A DNA stretch of 40,671 bases, taken from positions 487,131-527,801 of the forward strand of contig CP054849.1 of assembly GCA_044358425.1 (NCBI GenBank). The letters are read 5' to 3'. The stretch is from Marine Group I thaumarchaeote (GTDB lineage: Archaea; Thermoproteota; Nitrososphaeria; Nitrososphaerales; Nitrosopumilaceae). This document shows, piece after piece, positions 28,001 through 40,671 of the stretch. The first letter of the stretch is position 1, and the number at the start of each line of letters is the position of its first letter. Both the position numbers and the translations under genes were made by a program. A model generated the notes under the pieces. It did no database searches and was not told the origin of the DNA. It saw only the letters and a list, made by a program, of their open reading frames with translations.

Positions 28001-28417
28001 TTGAATATTGTGGACTGTATATTTTGTAAAATTATTTCCAAAGAAATTCCTGCCAAAATTCTTCATGAAACTACACATTCAATATGTTTTCTAGATGCTT
28101 TTCCACTTACTAAAGGTCATGTTTTAGTAATACCAAAAAATCATCATGAGAAAATTCAGAATTTGAATGTGGATGAAAATACTGATTTATTTTCTCTAGT
28201 TCATCTTATGATGTCTAAAGTTGATTTAATCACTGGTTCAACTTTAATTGCAATACATAATGGAAAAGAAGCTGGACAAGAAATTCCTCACCTTCATATA
28301 CATTTAGTTCCTAGAGATTCTTCTGATTCTGGTGGACCTATTCATAGTATGTTTGATTCTTCGATACAATTGTCTGATTCTGAAATTGAAAAATATTTTA
28401 ATTTATTAAAAATTTAA
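28001..28417 (+). CDS. HIT family nucleotide hydrolase
   Basis: DCIFCKII, GHVLVIPK, AGQEIPHLHIHLVPR. Confidence 0.95.
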   Translation: MNIVDCIFCKIISKEIPAKILHETTHSICFLDAFPLTKGHVLVIPKNHHEKIQNLNVDENTDLFSLVHLMMSKVDLITGSTLIAIHNGKEAGQEIPHLHIHLVPRDSSDSGGPIHSMFDSSIQLSDSEIEKYFNLLKI

Positions 28418-29082
28418 TATGGAAATAATTTTTCTTTTGTAATAATATTTTCAACATTAATTGCTTTTGTTGGACATGTTTCAGCTGCATTCATTATTTT
28501 ATTTACTCCTGCTCCTTTTCGATTAATCACTTTTGATTTTGGATTTGTTTGACTATTTTTATCAATTTCAAATACTTCTGGAGCAATAATCTCGCAACTA
28601 CAACACCCGATACATAATGATTTGTCAACACTTACTTTAAGATCTGGTTGTTTGTTAGGCTCTCTGGCTTTTTCATATTCTCCGTTTTTACCATCTGCTC
28701 TTATTCTAGCATTGTAATCTTCCCAAAATTTTTTTTCATATTCTTTCCAAAAAGTTGGGTCTCCTTCTTCAAATTCTCTGGTATATTTTCCCCAATCTTG
28801 TTCAGGTATTCCTCCATCGTCGGGTGCTCCCCATTGAGGTTTTGGTCTAATTCTTTGATTTCCTGAATTTTGTTTTGCTTCTTGGTATATTGTATCATCT
28901 TTTTCATTCTTTTTTAGAAAATTATATGCCTCTGTAATTTTTTTAAATTCAGTATCTTCATTTTTTATTTTATTTTTATCAGGATGTAGCTCTAGTGCCA
29001 TTTTTCTATATGATGCCTTAATTTCTTCCTGTGATGAATTCTGATTAACATTTAATGTTAGTAATGCTTCTCTTCGATTCAT
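28414..29082 (-). CDS. DnaJ-ferredoxin fusion protein
   Basis: J-domain with HPD; C-terminal CIGCCSC..AP..F...CP ferredoxin. Confidence 0.92.
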   Translation of the reverse strand: MNRREALLTLNVNQNSSQEEIKASYRKMALELHPDKNKIKNEDTEFKKITEAYNFLKKNEKDDTIYQEAKQNSGNQRIRPKPQWGAPDDGGIPEQDWGKYTREFEEGDPTFWKEYEKKFWEDYNARIRADGKNGEYEKAREPNKQPDLKVSVDKSLCIGCCSCEIIAPEVFEIDKNSQTNPKSKVINRKGAGVNKIMNAAETCPTKAINVENIITKEKLFPY

Positions 29083-29133
29083 AACTCCTCTAATACCTTA
29101 TATTTTAAAAATCATTGTTAATATTTTGATATT

Positions 29134-29496
29134 TTATTCTAGGATTTCATCGTCTTCTGGTTTCCATGCTGGCTCTACAATACATAAAAAACGTAATATC
29201 TCTGATCCAACGTTTTCCAAAAATTGTTCTGAATTTGGAGGGACATAAGCTGAATCATTCTTTTTTAATTCAAATTTTTCACTGTTAATTTTTAATTTAC
29301 CTTTGCCTTCTAAAATATAGTATATTTCTGAAGATTTTATTTTATGAAGTTTAGTTTTTTCACCTATGTCTAATGAAAATTGTGCAAGGCTGTAATTAAT
29401 TCCATTTGATGTATTTTTTGGATCAAAATATTGTTTAATTTTTACATTTTCACTACCATCAATGAAACTAATCTTTGAATCCTCTTTAATGGACAA
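29134..29496 (-). CDS. Cupin domain protein
   Basis: H.....EIYYILEG.G and YVPP...Q...N.G. Confidence 0.88.
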   Translation of the reverse strand: MSIKEDSKISFIDGSENVKIKQYFDPKNTSNGINYSLAQFSLDIGEKTKLHKIKSSEIYYILEGKGKLKINSEKFELKKNDSAYVPPNSEQFLENVGSEILRFLCIVEPAWKPEDDEILE

Positions 29497-29500
29497 TGTT

Positions 29501-29968
29501 TTAAATTATTTTTGTTACTTTGTTTTTAAAATCTGATTCATACCAAATTGTTTTGTAGGTTGAATTCTTTTTTGGTAATATGTTGATAGCTATGTGTGAA
29601 AATTCTTTATTTTTATTAATTGAACCATGGGTATGGAGTGTTTTAGCTGGAATGTGAACTATATCGCCTTCATTAAGGCTAATTCTTTCAATCTTTTTTA
29701 TTTTAAAATCTGCTTTTTTTGTCCCATATTTTTTAAAAATTTCTAAACTACCTTTTCCTTTTATTGCCATTAGTACTTGATTCCCATTGTGAAAATGAAG
29801 TTTAGTTCTTGAACCTTTTTCAAAATGAACGTGGTAAATATCCTGATCCTTTGATTTAATTTTCTCTGAAAGCACTTTCATCCATGTTTTTCCTGTGAAC
29901 CATTCAGAATTAACATCTCTTCTATCACTTGATCCTTTAATATTTGATTTATTCATTCTATTTTCCAT
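29501..29968 (-). CDS. Cupin domain protein
   Basis: WFTG, V.F..G.RT..H.H...Q, GD...IP....H.HG. Confidence 0.88.
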   Translation of the reverse strand: MENRMNKSNIKGSSDRRDVNSEWFTGKTWMKVLSEKIKSKDQDIYHVHFEKGSRTKLHFHNGNQVLMAIKGKGSLEIFKKYGTKKADFKIKKIERISLNEGDIVHIPAKTLHTHGSINKNKEFSHIAINILPKKNSTYKTIWYESDFKNKVTKII

Positions 29969-30071
29969 AAAAAATACTTCTTTTTCTTTGTTTGGAATTT
30001 TTCTATACCTACTGTTTATTTTTTTTTAATGAGAATTGGTTTAATACGATGACTTTCTATTTTTTATAGTT

Positions 30072-30776
30072 TTGAAAAAAACACATGAACATAAAACAGT
30101 AGTTTTACGGAAAAAACTTGAGGAATCTGAAGCTTTAGAAATTATTGATGATAAAAAAATTGGTTTATTCAAATCTGTATTTTCACGTCCAAAAAGAGAG
30201 GATATTCACATTCATTCTGTGAAATTATACTATGAATGCATTCTAATCATATCTGGAAAATACATGGCAAATTATTTTCGAAAAGCAACTCATTCTATTT
30301 CGGTTTCATCAAATGTATCTGAAGTTATTTTGGGTGATGGAATTTTTCCGGTTAGAACCAAATCTAATTTTAAAAAAGCAATTGTAGGGAAACGTGGTAA
30401 AAATAAAGTTGATTTAAAATTAGAAGAACATGTCTTTGTTGAAAATGAGGATGAATTGACTTTTGATCATCATGGTCGTGAAATAAAATTCCCATTTAAA
30501 TTGAATTCCAAAACAACTGAAAATTATCCTAATCGTTTACTGGAAAAAAATTCTTCAAATGTAAAAAATTCTGAATTAACTCATGATGACGGAATCAAAA
30601 AATTACAATCATTTTTAAAAAAACCTTTAGTTGATGAAGTAAGAAATCTTGACGAAGAATTTGTATTGCGAGAAATTACTGAAGTTTATGTTCCAATTTA
30701 TGAGGCTCGTTTAATTGGTCCAAAAAAGAAAGTAGGAATAATTAGAATTGATTCTGTAAGAAAAAAAGTTCTATAA
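30072..30776 (+). CDS. Conserved-looking hypothetical protein
   Basis: 234-aa ORF; YVPIYE...ID motif near the C-terminus. Confidence 0.75.
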   Translation: MKKTHEHKTVVLRKKLEESEALEIIDDKKIGLFKSVFSRPKREDIHIHSVKLYYECILIISGKYMANYFRKATHSISVSSNVSEVILGDGIFPVRTKSNFKKAIVGKRGKNKVDLKLEEHVFVENEDELTFDHHGREIKFPFKLNSKTTENYPNRLLEKNSSNVKNSELTHDDGIKKLQSFLKKPLVDEVRNLDEEFVLREITEVYVPIYEARLIGPKKKVGIIRIDSVRKKVL

Positions 30777-31592
30777 TTTAACTAATGATCTAAATTTATC
30801 ATTGTTGTGTAATTTTGTAAAAATTGGTTCCTCTTTTGCCCAATTACGTATTATTTTTGGGTTTCTTGTAATTGCTTGTTTTAATAATTCCATTGACTCT
30901 GGAATTTTATCTAATGCTGCACAACTTCTAGATTTTGCATAAATTACATTGACGTTGTCTTTGTATTTTTTTAAAATTTCATCAAAAACAGTAATTGCTT
31001 TTTCATGTCTTCCCAATTCTGCAAGTTGTACCCCTTTTTGAAAAAATGCATCTTGATTATTGGGATACTTTTTACAAATATTTTGAAAACAATTCAGTGC
31101 TTCCTCGTGCCTTTTCAATTTTCCTAAAACTATTCCTTTGTACACCATGGCATTTGGCTTTCTTGAATCTACTGAAATTGCTTTTTCTAATGCAGTTAGT
31201 GCTTCCTCGTGCTCTTGGAGTTTGTCTAAGAGAACTCCTTTGTTAAAGTAAGATGCTGCATATCTTGGATCAGCTTCAATTGCTTTATCATAACATTCTG
31301 ATGCTTCTTGAATATTGCCATTTTCTGCCATTGAAATTCCTCTGTTGTTTAGGGCCTGTGCATTTTTTGGTTCAATTTCTAATAATTTATCAAAACAGGT
31401 AATTGCATCACTATATTTCTTGATTTGATTTAGAGCTAATCCCTTGTTTAGTAATACATCTTCGTCATCTTCATTTTGTTTTAGAATTTTATTAAATAAT
31501 GAAATAGCTGCTTTTGGTTGATTTTTCTCCATCATTGCCATGGCATCATATTTCAAGTCTTCTGGATTTTTTTTGGATCCAAATAATCCCAT
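30771..31592 (-). CDS. Tetratricopeptide repeat protein
   Basis: About seven 34-aa repeats with KG..L.....Y.EA...(F/Y)D. Confidence 0.92.
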   Translation of the reverse strand: MGLFGSKKNPEDLKYDAMAMMEKNQPKAAISLFNKILKQNEDDEDVLLNKGLALNQIKKYSDAITCFDKLLEIEPKNAQALNNRGISMAENGNIQEASECYDKAIEADPRYAASYFNKGVLLDKLQEHEEALTALEKAISVDSRKPNAMVYKGIVLGKLKRHEEALNCFQNICKKYPNNQDAFFQKGVQLAELGRHEKAITVFDEILKKYKDNVNVIYAKSRSCAALDKIPESMELLKQAITRNPKIIRNWAKEEPIFTKLHNNDKFRSLVKL

Positions 31593-31629
31593 AATTTTAT
31601 CAGATTTTAATTGCTAATGAAAGTTTACT

Positions 31630-31749
31630 TTAATTCAATGACTTGAATTTTTTAATGGCTTCTTTGGCCATTTCTTCTTGTTTTTCTGCAGATGTATCTG
31701 TCGGATCATCTGTTGCATATGCCTCTTTTTCTTCTTTTTTCTTATCCAT
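31630..31749 (-). CDS. Putative 39-aa charged micro-protein (not in ORF track)
   Basis: MDKKKEEKEAYATDDPTDTSAEKQEEMAKEAIKKFKSLN*; TTTTATAAA box about 20-28 nt upstream on the minus strand. Confidence 0.65.
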   Translation of the reverse strand: MDKKKEEKEAYATDDPTDTSAEKQEEMAKEAIKKFKSLN

Positions 31750-31832
31750 GTTTAATCATGATGATCATTTTATAAAAATCTGAATAAATCTATCAAAGAT
31801 AGGCTTAATTTGTTTTAAAACTTATTTTAATC

Positions 31833-32186
31833 ATGTCTGAAATTCAAATTTCTTATTTAGCTGAAAAAGTGTTTGTTCATCATTGGCCTAAAGATTCTCC
31901 TGTATGGGATGAATCTTTACAGAAAAAATTTGATGAGTACATCAATAAAAACACTAATTCCAAAAAAATCATTGTTAATTCTGAAACTATTTTAATCGAA
32001 AATTTTCTAATCACAAATCTCAAAAAAATTGGTGTATCTGTACCTTTTTTTAAAAATGAATGTACTATGATTTTTGAAGGACAATTTAAAAATATTTTTG
32101 CTCATATTCATATTACTACAAAATCTGATGATTTTTTGAATATTTTTAATCAACTAATGTCATGGAAAAATGATTTTCATGATTAA
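31833..32186 (+). CDS. Hypothetical protein
   Basis: 117-aa ORF. Confidence 0.7.
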   Translation: MSEIQISYLAEKVFVHHWPKDSPVWDESLQKKFDEYINKNTNSKKIIVNSETILIENFLITNLKKIGVSVPFFKNECTMIFEGQFKNIFAHIHITTKSDDFLNIFNQLMSWKNDFHD

Positions 32187-32196
32187 TTTTTGAATT

Positions 32197-33492
32197 TTAG
32201 AAATCCTCTGATGCTTTGATTATGTTTTTGATGTCTTCTTTTGAATGACTATTTGATATTGCACCTAATTTGCCTGGTAGGAAAAATATTCCATTTTCAG
32301 AAATCATTTTAAAATGATATTTTCGTAACATTTCAGAATCACATTTTGCAACGTCTACTGAATTTTCTATCTTTGTAACTCCATTTTTAAGAAAATGTGT
32401 CATGAATAGTGACCCTTTTCCTGAAACTTCAACTCTTCCATCAAATACTTTTTTCAATTCTTTTCTAGCATAATCTCCTAATGAATTGATTTTATCATAT
32501 GTTGATTTTTTTGTTTTCAAATAATTTAATGTGGTATATCCTGATGTCATTGATACTGGATTAGCTGAAAACGTACCTCCTCCAATGTATGAGCGTTCTG
32601 TTTTTTTCTTTCCTTCTGTATCTGCATAATTCATAATTTCTTTTTTACCACACATGACTCCTATGGACATTCCTCCACCAGCTATTTTTCCTAAGGTAAC
32701 AATATCTGGATCTAATTTCATTGTAGGGTATAAACATCCATATCTAAATCTAAAACCTGTAACAATTTCATCTAAAATAAATAGTGATTTATTTTTATGA
32801 ACAAATTCTTGAATTCCTTTTAGATATTCTTTTGTTGCAGGAATGCATCCACCTCCACCTAAAACTGGTTCTATAATTACACCTGCAAGATTTTTAGAAT
32901 ATTTTTTTAATATTTTTAATGAACTTTCTAAATCATTGTAAGGGATGGAAACAATTTTTTCTTCATTAACTACACCACTACTTTCTGATTCTTTGAATGG
33001 CCAGTTCACACTTTTTAGTAAATCAGAAGTATATCCGTGCCATCCTCCATCTATTTTTGCAATAATTTTTTTACCTGTCACTGAACGTGCTAATCTAACT
33101 GCATACATTGTGGCTTCAGTTCCAGATGTAACATAACGAATTTTTTCTGCAACTGGAACAGCTTTTGAAATTAATTCTGATAATTTTATTGTCTGTTCAT
33201 TAACTGTTCCATACATCCAACTTTTTTCAATTTGTTTTTTGATTGCATCTTTAACATTTTTTTGACCATGTCCTAAAATTAAAGACCAATGTCCCATCCA
33301 ATAATCTGTGTACTTGTTACTGTCTACATCAACTAAATTTTTTCCTAAAGATGATTTGACAACAAATGGATATGGATCGAAATATCGAATATTATGTGAA
33401 ACTCCATTGATGTGAAGTCTTGTTGACTTTGAAAATATTTTTGCTGAAGTGGGTGTTTTTTTCTTGTAATTTTTTACGTGATCCATGACCAA
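32197..33492 (-). CDS. Class III PLP aminotransferase, GSA-aminomutase-like
   Basis: [46 protein letters not shown]. Confidence 0.88.
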   Translation of the reverse strand: MVMDHVKNYKKKTPTSAKIFSKSTRLHINGVSHNIRYFDPYPFVVKSSLGKNLVDVDSNKYTDYWMGHWSLILGHGQKNVKDAIKKQIEKSWMYGTVNEQTIKLSELISKAVPVAEKIRYVTSGTEATMYAVRLARSVTGKKIIAKIDGGWHGYTSDLLKSVNWPFKESESSGVVNEEKIVSIPYNDLESSLKILKKYSKNLAGVIIEPVLGGGGCIPATKEYLKGIQEFVHKNKSLFILDEIVTGFRFRYGCLYPTMKLDPDIVTLGKIAGGGMSIGVMCGKKEIMNYADTEGKKKTERSYIGGGTFSANPVSMTSGYTTLNYLKTKKSTYDKINSLGDYARKELKKVFDGRVEVSGKGSLFMTHFLKNGVTKIENSVDVAKCDSEMLRKYHFKMISENGIFFLPGKLGAISNSHSKEDIKNIIKASEDF

Positions 33493-33638
33493 GTTATTCG
33501 ATGTTGATCTAACATTTTAATCAACATTGGTATTCTCACTAGTGGTATCATAATCTTGATTTTTTGAGCCTAGTTTTGGCTAATTTTTGTTGTAAATTTT
33601 ACAATTTTTGAAGCGATCTGGTATAATTTCACGCATGG

Positions 33639-33645
33639 TTTATAT
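33639..33645 (+). promoter_or_regulatory. TATA box of rRNA operon promoter
   Basis: TTTATAT about 25 nt before the structured leader begins. Confidence 0.55.
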
Positions 33646-33787
33646 GGATTCTGTCATCTTCGGCTTCTGCATACGTAAAGCAATAGGCGGCGCTCGTGAT
33701 GAAGTATGGCATTATGCCACTTTGTGATTCATGGGCCTCCATTTACGCATACAAAAATGAGGATTTGATTGAAAGATCATTTCTGAG

Positions 33788-35382
<1,595 letters not shown>

Positions 35383-35456
35383 TGAATCATCGATGCAATG
35401 CATCACGAAAGTGATGTATGAAGGATGTAGTGGGCCATTTACCGGTGGCTTGCAAT

Positions 35457-38519
<3,063 letters not shown>

Positions 38520-38561
38520 ATATTCATATCATCAAGTGGAACATATACACGACTTGTACGA

Positions 38562-38651
38562 TGATTTCATTTTAAATCACACATAGCGTAAGCTATGCAT
38601 TGTTGATTTCATTTTAAATCACACATAGCGTAAGCTATGCATTGTTGATTT
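38562..38651. repeat. Perfect 42-bp tandem duplication (2 copies + 6 nt)
   Basis: TGATTTCATTTTAAATCACACATAGCGTAAGCTATGCATTGT at 38562 and 38604, then TGATTT. Confidence 0.95.
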
Positions 38652-38656
38652 GAAAT

Positions 38657-39136
38657 TTAGTCTTTGACGAATTTAATATTTGAATCATTTTCTGATTCTT
38701 TCATTTTTATGATTAATGTATCTCCTAATTTGTTGAATATTCTTTGACGTTTTTCATTTGTAATAATTAATCCTAAAACCAAATCTAATGGGAGTATGAA
38801 TGATTTTCCAAAACTACTCAAAATCACTCCTACTAAACTTGGTTTTTCTCCTTGACTGTTAGTAATTTTTAGATTAAACATTTTTTTCCCAATTGTTTGA
38901 CCTGTTTTATATTCTAAAATAATCCAATACAAAAAAAATATTGCACTTGTTGGAACATACATTCCATTATCTGTAATAAAATTCTCAAAATTATAAGATA
39001 AAGATAGAAACGAAACAAAGACTATTGCTGTTGAAATTAATGAGATGATGACAAAATCAATTACCCATGCAAAAAATCTGTCTTTCCATTTTGCAAGAAT
39101 AATTTTTGAAGTATAATGATTGTCTGAATCGTTCAC
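38657..39136 (-). CDS. RDD family membrane protein
   Basis: RFFAWVID, GQTIGK, RQRI...L.DT. Confidence 0.92.
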   Translation of the reverse strand: MNDSDNHYTSKIILAKWKDRFFAWVIDFVIISLISTAIVFVSFLSLSYNFENFITDNGMYVPTSAIFFLYWIILEYKTGQTIGKKMFNLKITNSQGEKPSLVGVILSSFGKSFILPLDLVLGLIITNEKRQRIFNKLGDTLIIKMKESENDSNIKFVKD

Positions 39137-39235
39137 TGTTTTTTCTTTTAATTACCTAGTAAAATAGGTTAATCCTCTAGTTGTTTTATTTTTTTAAATT
39201 CGATTAGGCATTAATAGTACTGATTTTAATTCAAT

Positions 39236-40087
39236 GTGGAATTATTTTTGATATCTATTAATCCAATTGATGTATTTCTATGGACTTTTCGTAAAAATGA
39301 AAAAGATGTTGTCAATCTTTACAATACTTTATCTCCGGTCATGCAAATTGCCACGGGTGGAAGTATGCTAAATTTTGGTTATTGGTCTGAAGAACATACT
39401 GATCCAATTTCTGCTCAAGAAAATTTGTGTAATGTTTTTGGAAATTTATCTGAATTATCTACTGCACAAAACGTACTTGATGTTGGAAGTGGATTGTCTG
39501 CCCCTTCAAAATTATGGAGAGACTCTTATCCTGCTCTGAATCTATATGATGTTAATATTAATTTCAAACAATTAAGTTTTTTAAAACATGAAAAAAATAT
39601 TGAATTTCTAAATTCAACTTCTACAAAATTACCCTTTGCAAGTGATTCTGTAGATCGTGTCTTAGCTTTAGAATCTGCACAACATTTCAAACCTTTGAAT
39701 AATTTTATTTCTGAATCCAAACGTGTGTTGATAAAATCTGGATTTTTAGTAATGGCCGTACCAATCACTTTAAAGAATTCATCTTTAGGTAAATTGGGTT
39801 TATTGAAATTTACTTGGTCATCTGAACACTATGGTCTGGATTATCTGAGAGATCTAATTTCTTCAAACGGATTTAAAATAATTGATGAATCTTTGATAGG
39901 AAATCATGTTTATGATCCGTTAGCAGACTATTATGTTGAAAATAGAAAATTGCTGAGTGAAAAAATTCTCAAACAATATCCTGGCTATATGGAAAAAATT
40001 CTTTACAAATCACTATTAAAAATGAAAAAGGCATCTGAAGAAAAAATTATTGATTATGTTCTTTTGAAATGTAGTTTAGATGATTAA
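39236..40087 (+). CDS. Class I SAM-dependent methyltransferase (start uncertain)
   Basis: LNFGYW, VLDVGSGL, LPFASDSVD, ESAQHF, RVL..SG. Confidence 0.9.
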   Translation: MELFLISINPIDVFLWTFRKNEKDVVNLYNTLSPVMQIATGGSMLNFGYWSEEHTDPISAQENLCNVFGNLSELSTAQNVLDVGSGLSAPSKLWRDSYPALNLYDVNINFKQLSFLKHEKNIEFLNSTSTKLPFASDSVDRVLALESAQHFKPLNNFISESKRVLIKSGFLVMAVPITLKNSSLGKLGLLKFTWSSEHYGLDYLRDLISSNGFKIIDESLIGNHVYDPLADYYVENRKLLSEKILKQYPGYMEKILYKSLLKMKKASEEKIIDYVLLKCSLDD

Positions 40088-40150
40088 TTTGAATTTGAAA
40101 TCTTTTTACTCAGTATAGGTTTTTATCTTGAGATTACTCAATTTTATTTA

Positions 40151-40531
40151 GTGGCTGATTCAACTCAATTTCAATTGTATGGTGAAAAATGTACTCAACT
40201 TTTAGGTGAATCTGAAATTCGATTTGCTGGAATTGTTGACAAAGACGGTCAATTAGTTGCAGGTGGTTTTAAGGAAGGTCTTGTGCCTCATGAAGGCGAT
40301 GAAACTAGACTCCAATCATTTTTAGAATTTGTTTCTAAAGCATCAATTCGAAAAGAATATGATGAAAGCTTGGGACCAATTAATTATCTTGCAGCAAGAC
40401 GTGATAAGGCAGTTTTGGTAAGTTTTCCATTTCCTATTACTCAAATTCTGTTATTGATTTCTGCTGAACCTACTGCAAATATTGAAAATTTGGCAAAAAA
40501 GGTTGTAGAGATTTTTACAGACGTAAACTAA
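40151..40531 (+). CDS. DUF6659-like protein
   Basis: IRFAGIVDKDGQLVAGG, LGPINY....R.K....SFP. Confidence 0.8.
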   Translation: MADSTQFQLYGEKCTQLLGESEIRFAGIVDKDGQLVAGGFKEGLVPHEGDETRLQSFLEFVSKASIRKEYDESLGPINYLAARRDKAVLVSFPFPITQILLLISAEPTANIENLAKKVVEIFTDVN

Positions 40532-40582
40532 TTTCTAATTAATCATATCCTTTTAATTTGGTAATTTCAAATTAATAATGAA

Positions 40583-40671
40583 TTGAAAGCAACTTTTGGT
40601 GCAGGCTGTTTTTGGCATGTTGAAGATTTACTAAGTAAAACAAAAGGTGTGACTTCCACTGCAGTTGGATA
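40583..40671 (+). CDS. msrA: Peptide methionine sulfoxide reductase A (5' part only)
   Basis: TTG start; [14 protein letters not shown]...GV..TAVG contains the GCFW active site. Confidence 0.9.
   Translation, partial: MKATFGAGCFWHVEDLLSKTKGVTSTAVG

Noticed and set aside
38562-38651. Possible mini-CRISPR array
   Set aside because: Repeats are directly adjacent with no spacer, and no cas genes are present

Overview
AT-rich, densely packed core-genome segment of a marine ammonia-oxidising archaeon (Nitrososphaerota/Thaumarchaeota, Nitrosopumilaceae-like). The assignment rests on the archaeal 16S-23S operon (515F site reads GTGTCAGCCGCCGCGGTAA), a CFI-box-CTERM protein, a DnaJ-ferredoxin fusion and DUF6659-like proteins. 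Housekeeping genes include aspS, endA, lig, fbp, tuf-rpsJ-rpo12, a 3-hydroxybutyryl-CoA dehydrogenase and partial msrA. A DNA-repair-rich patch encodes MPG, UDG4, a CPD photolyase and PINA. No mobile element or CRISPR array was seen. The best lead is a two-domain SDR (15461-17227). It resembles the C-terminal, malonyl-CoA-reducing half of Chloroflexus malonyl-CoA reductase, has an unusual YxxxQxxK active site, and is followed closely by a degenerate hot-dog protein. It is a candidate for the unassigned malonyl-CoA reductase step of the thaumarchaeal 3HP/4HB cycle. Other leads are several uncalled micro-ORFs (zinc fingers, RHH), a recurring MGLFxxKK N-terminus, a candidate small RNA at about 14.95 kb, and a 42-bp tandem duplication behind the 23S gene. 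All family calls come from motif recognition and memory, not from database searches.
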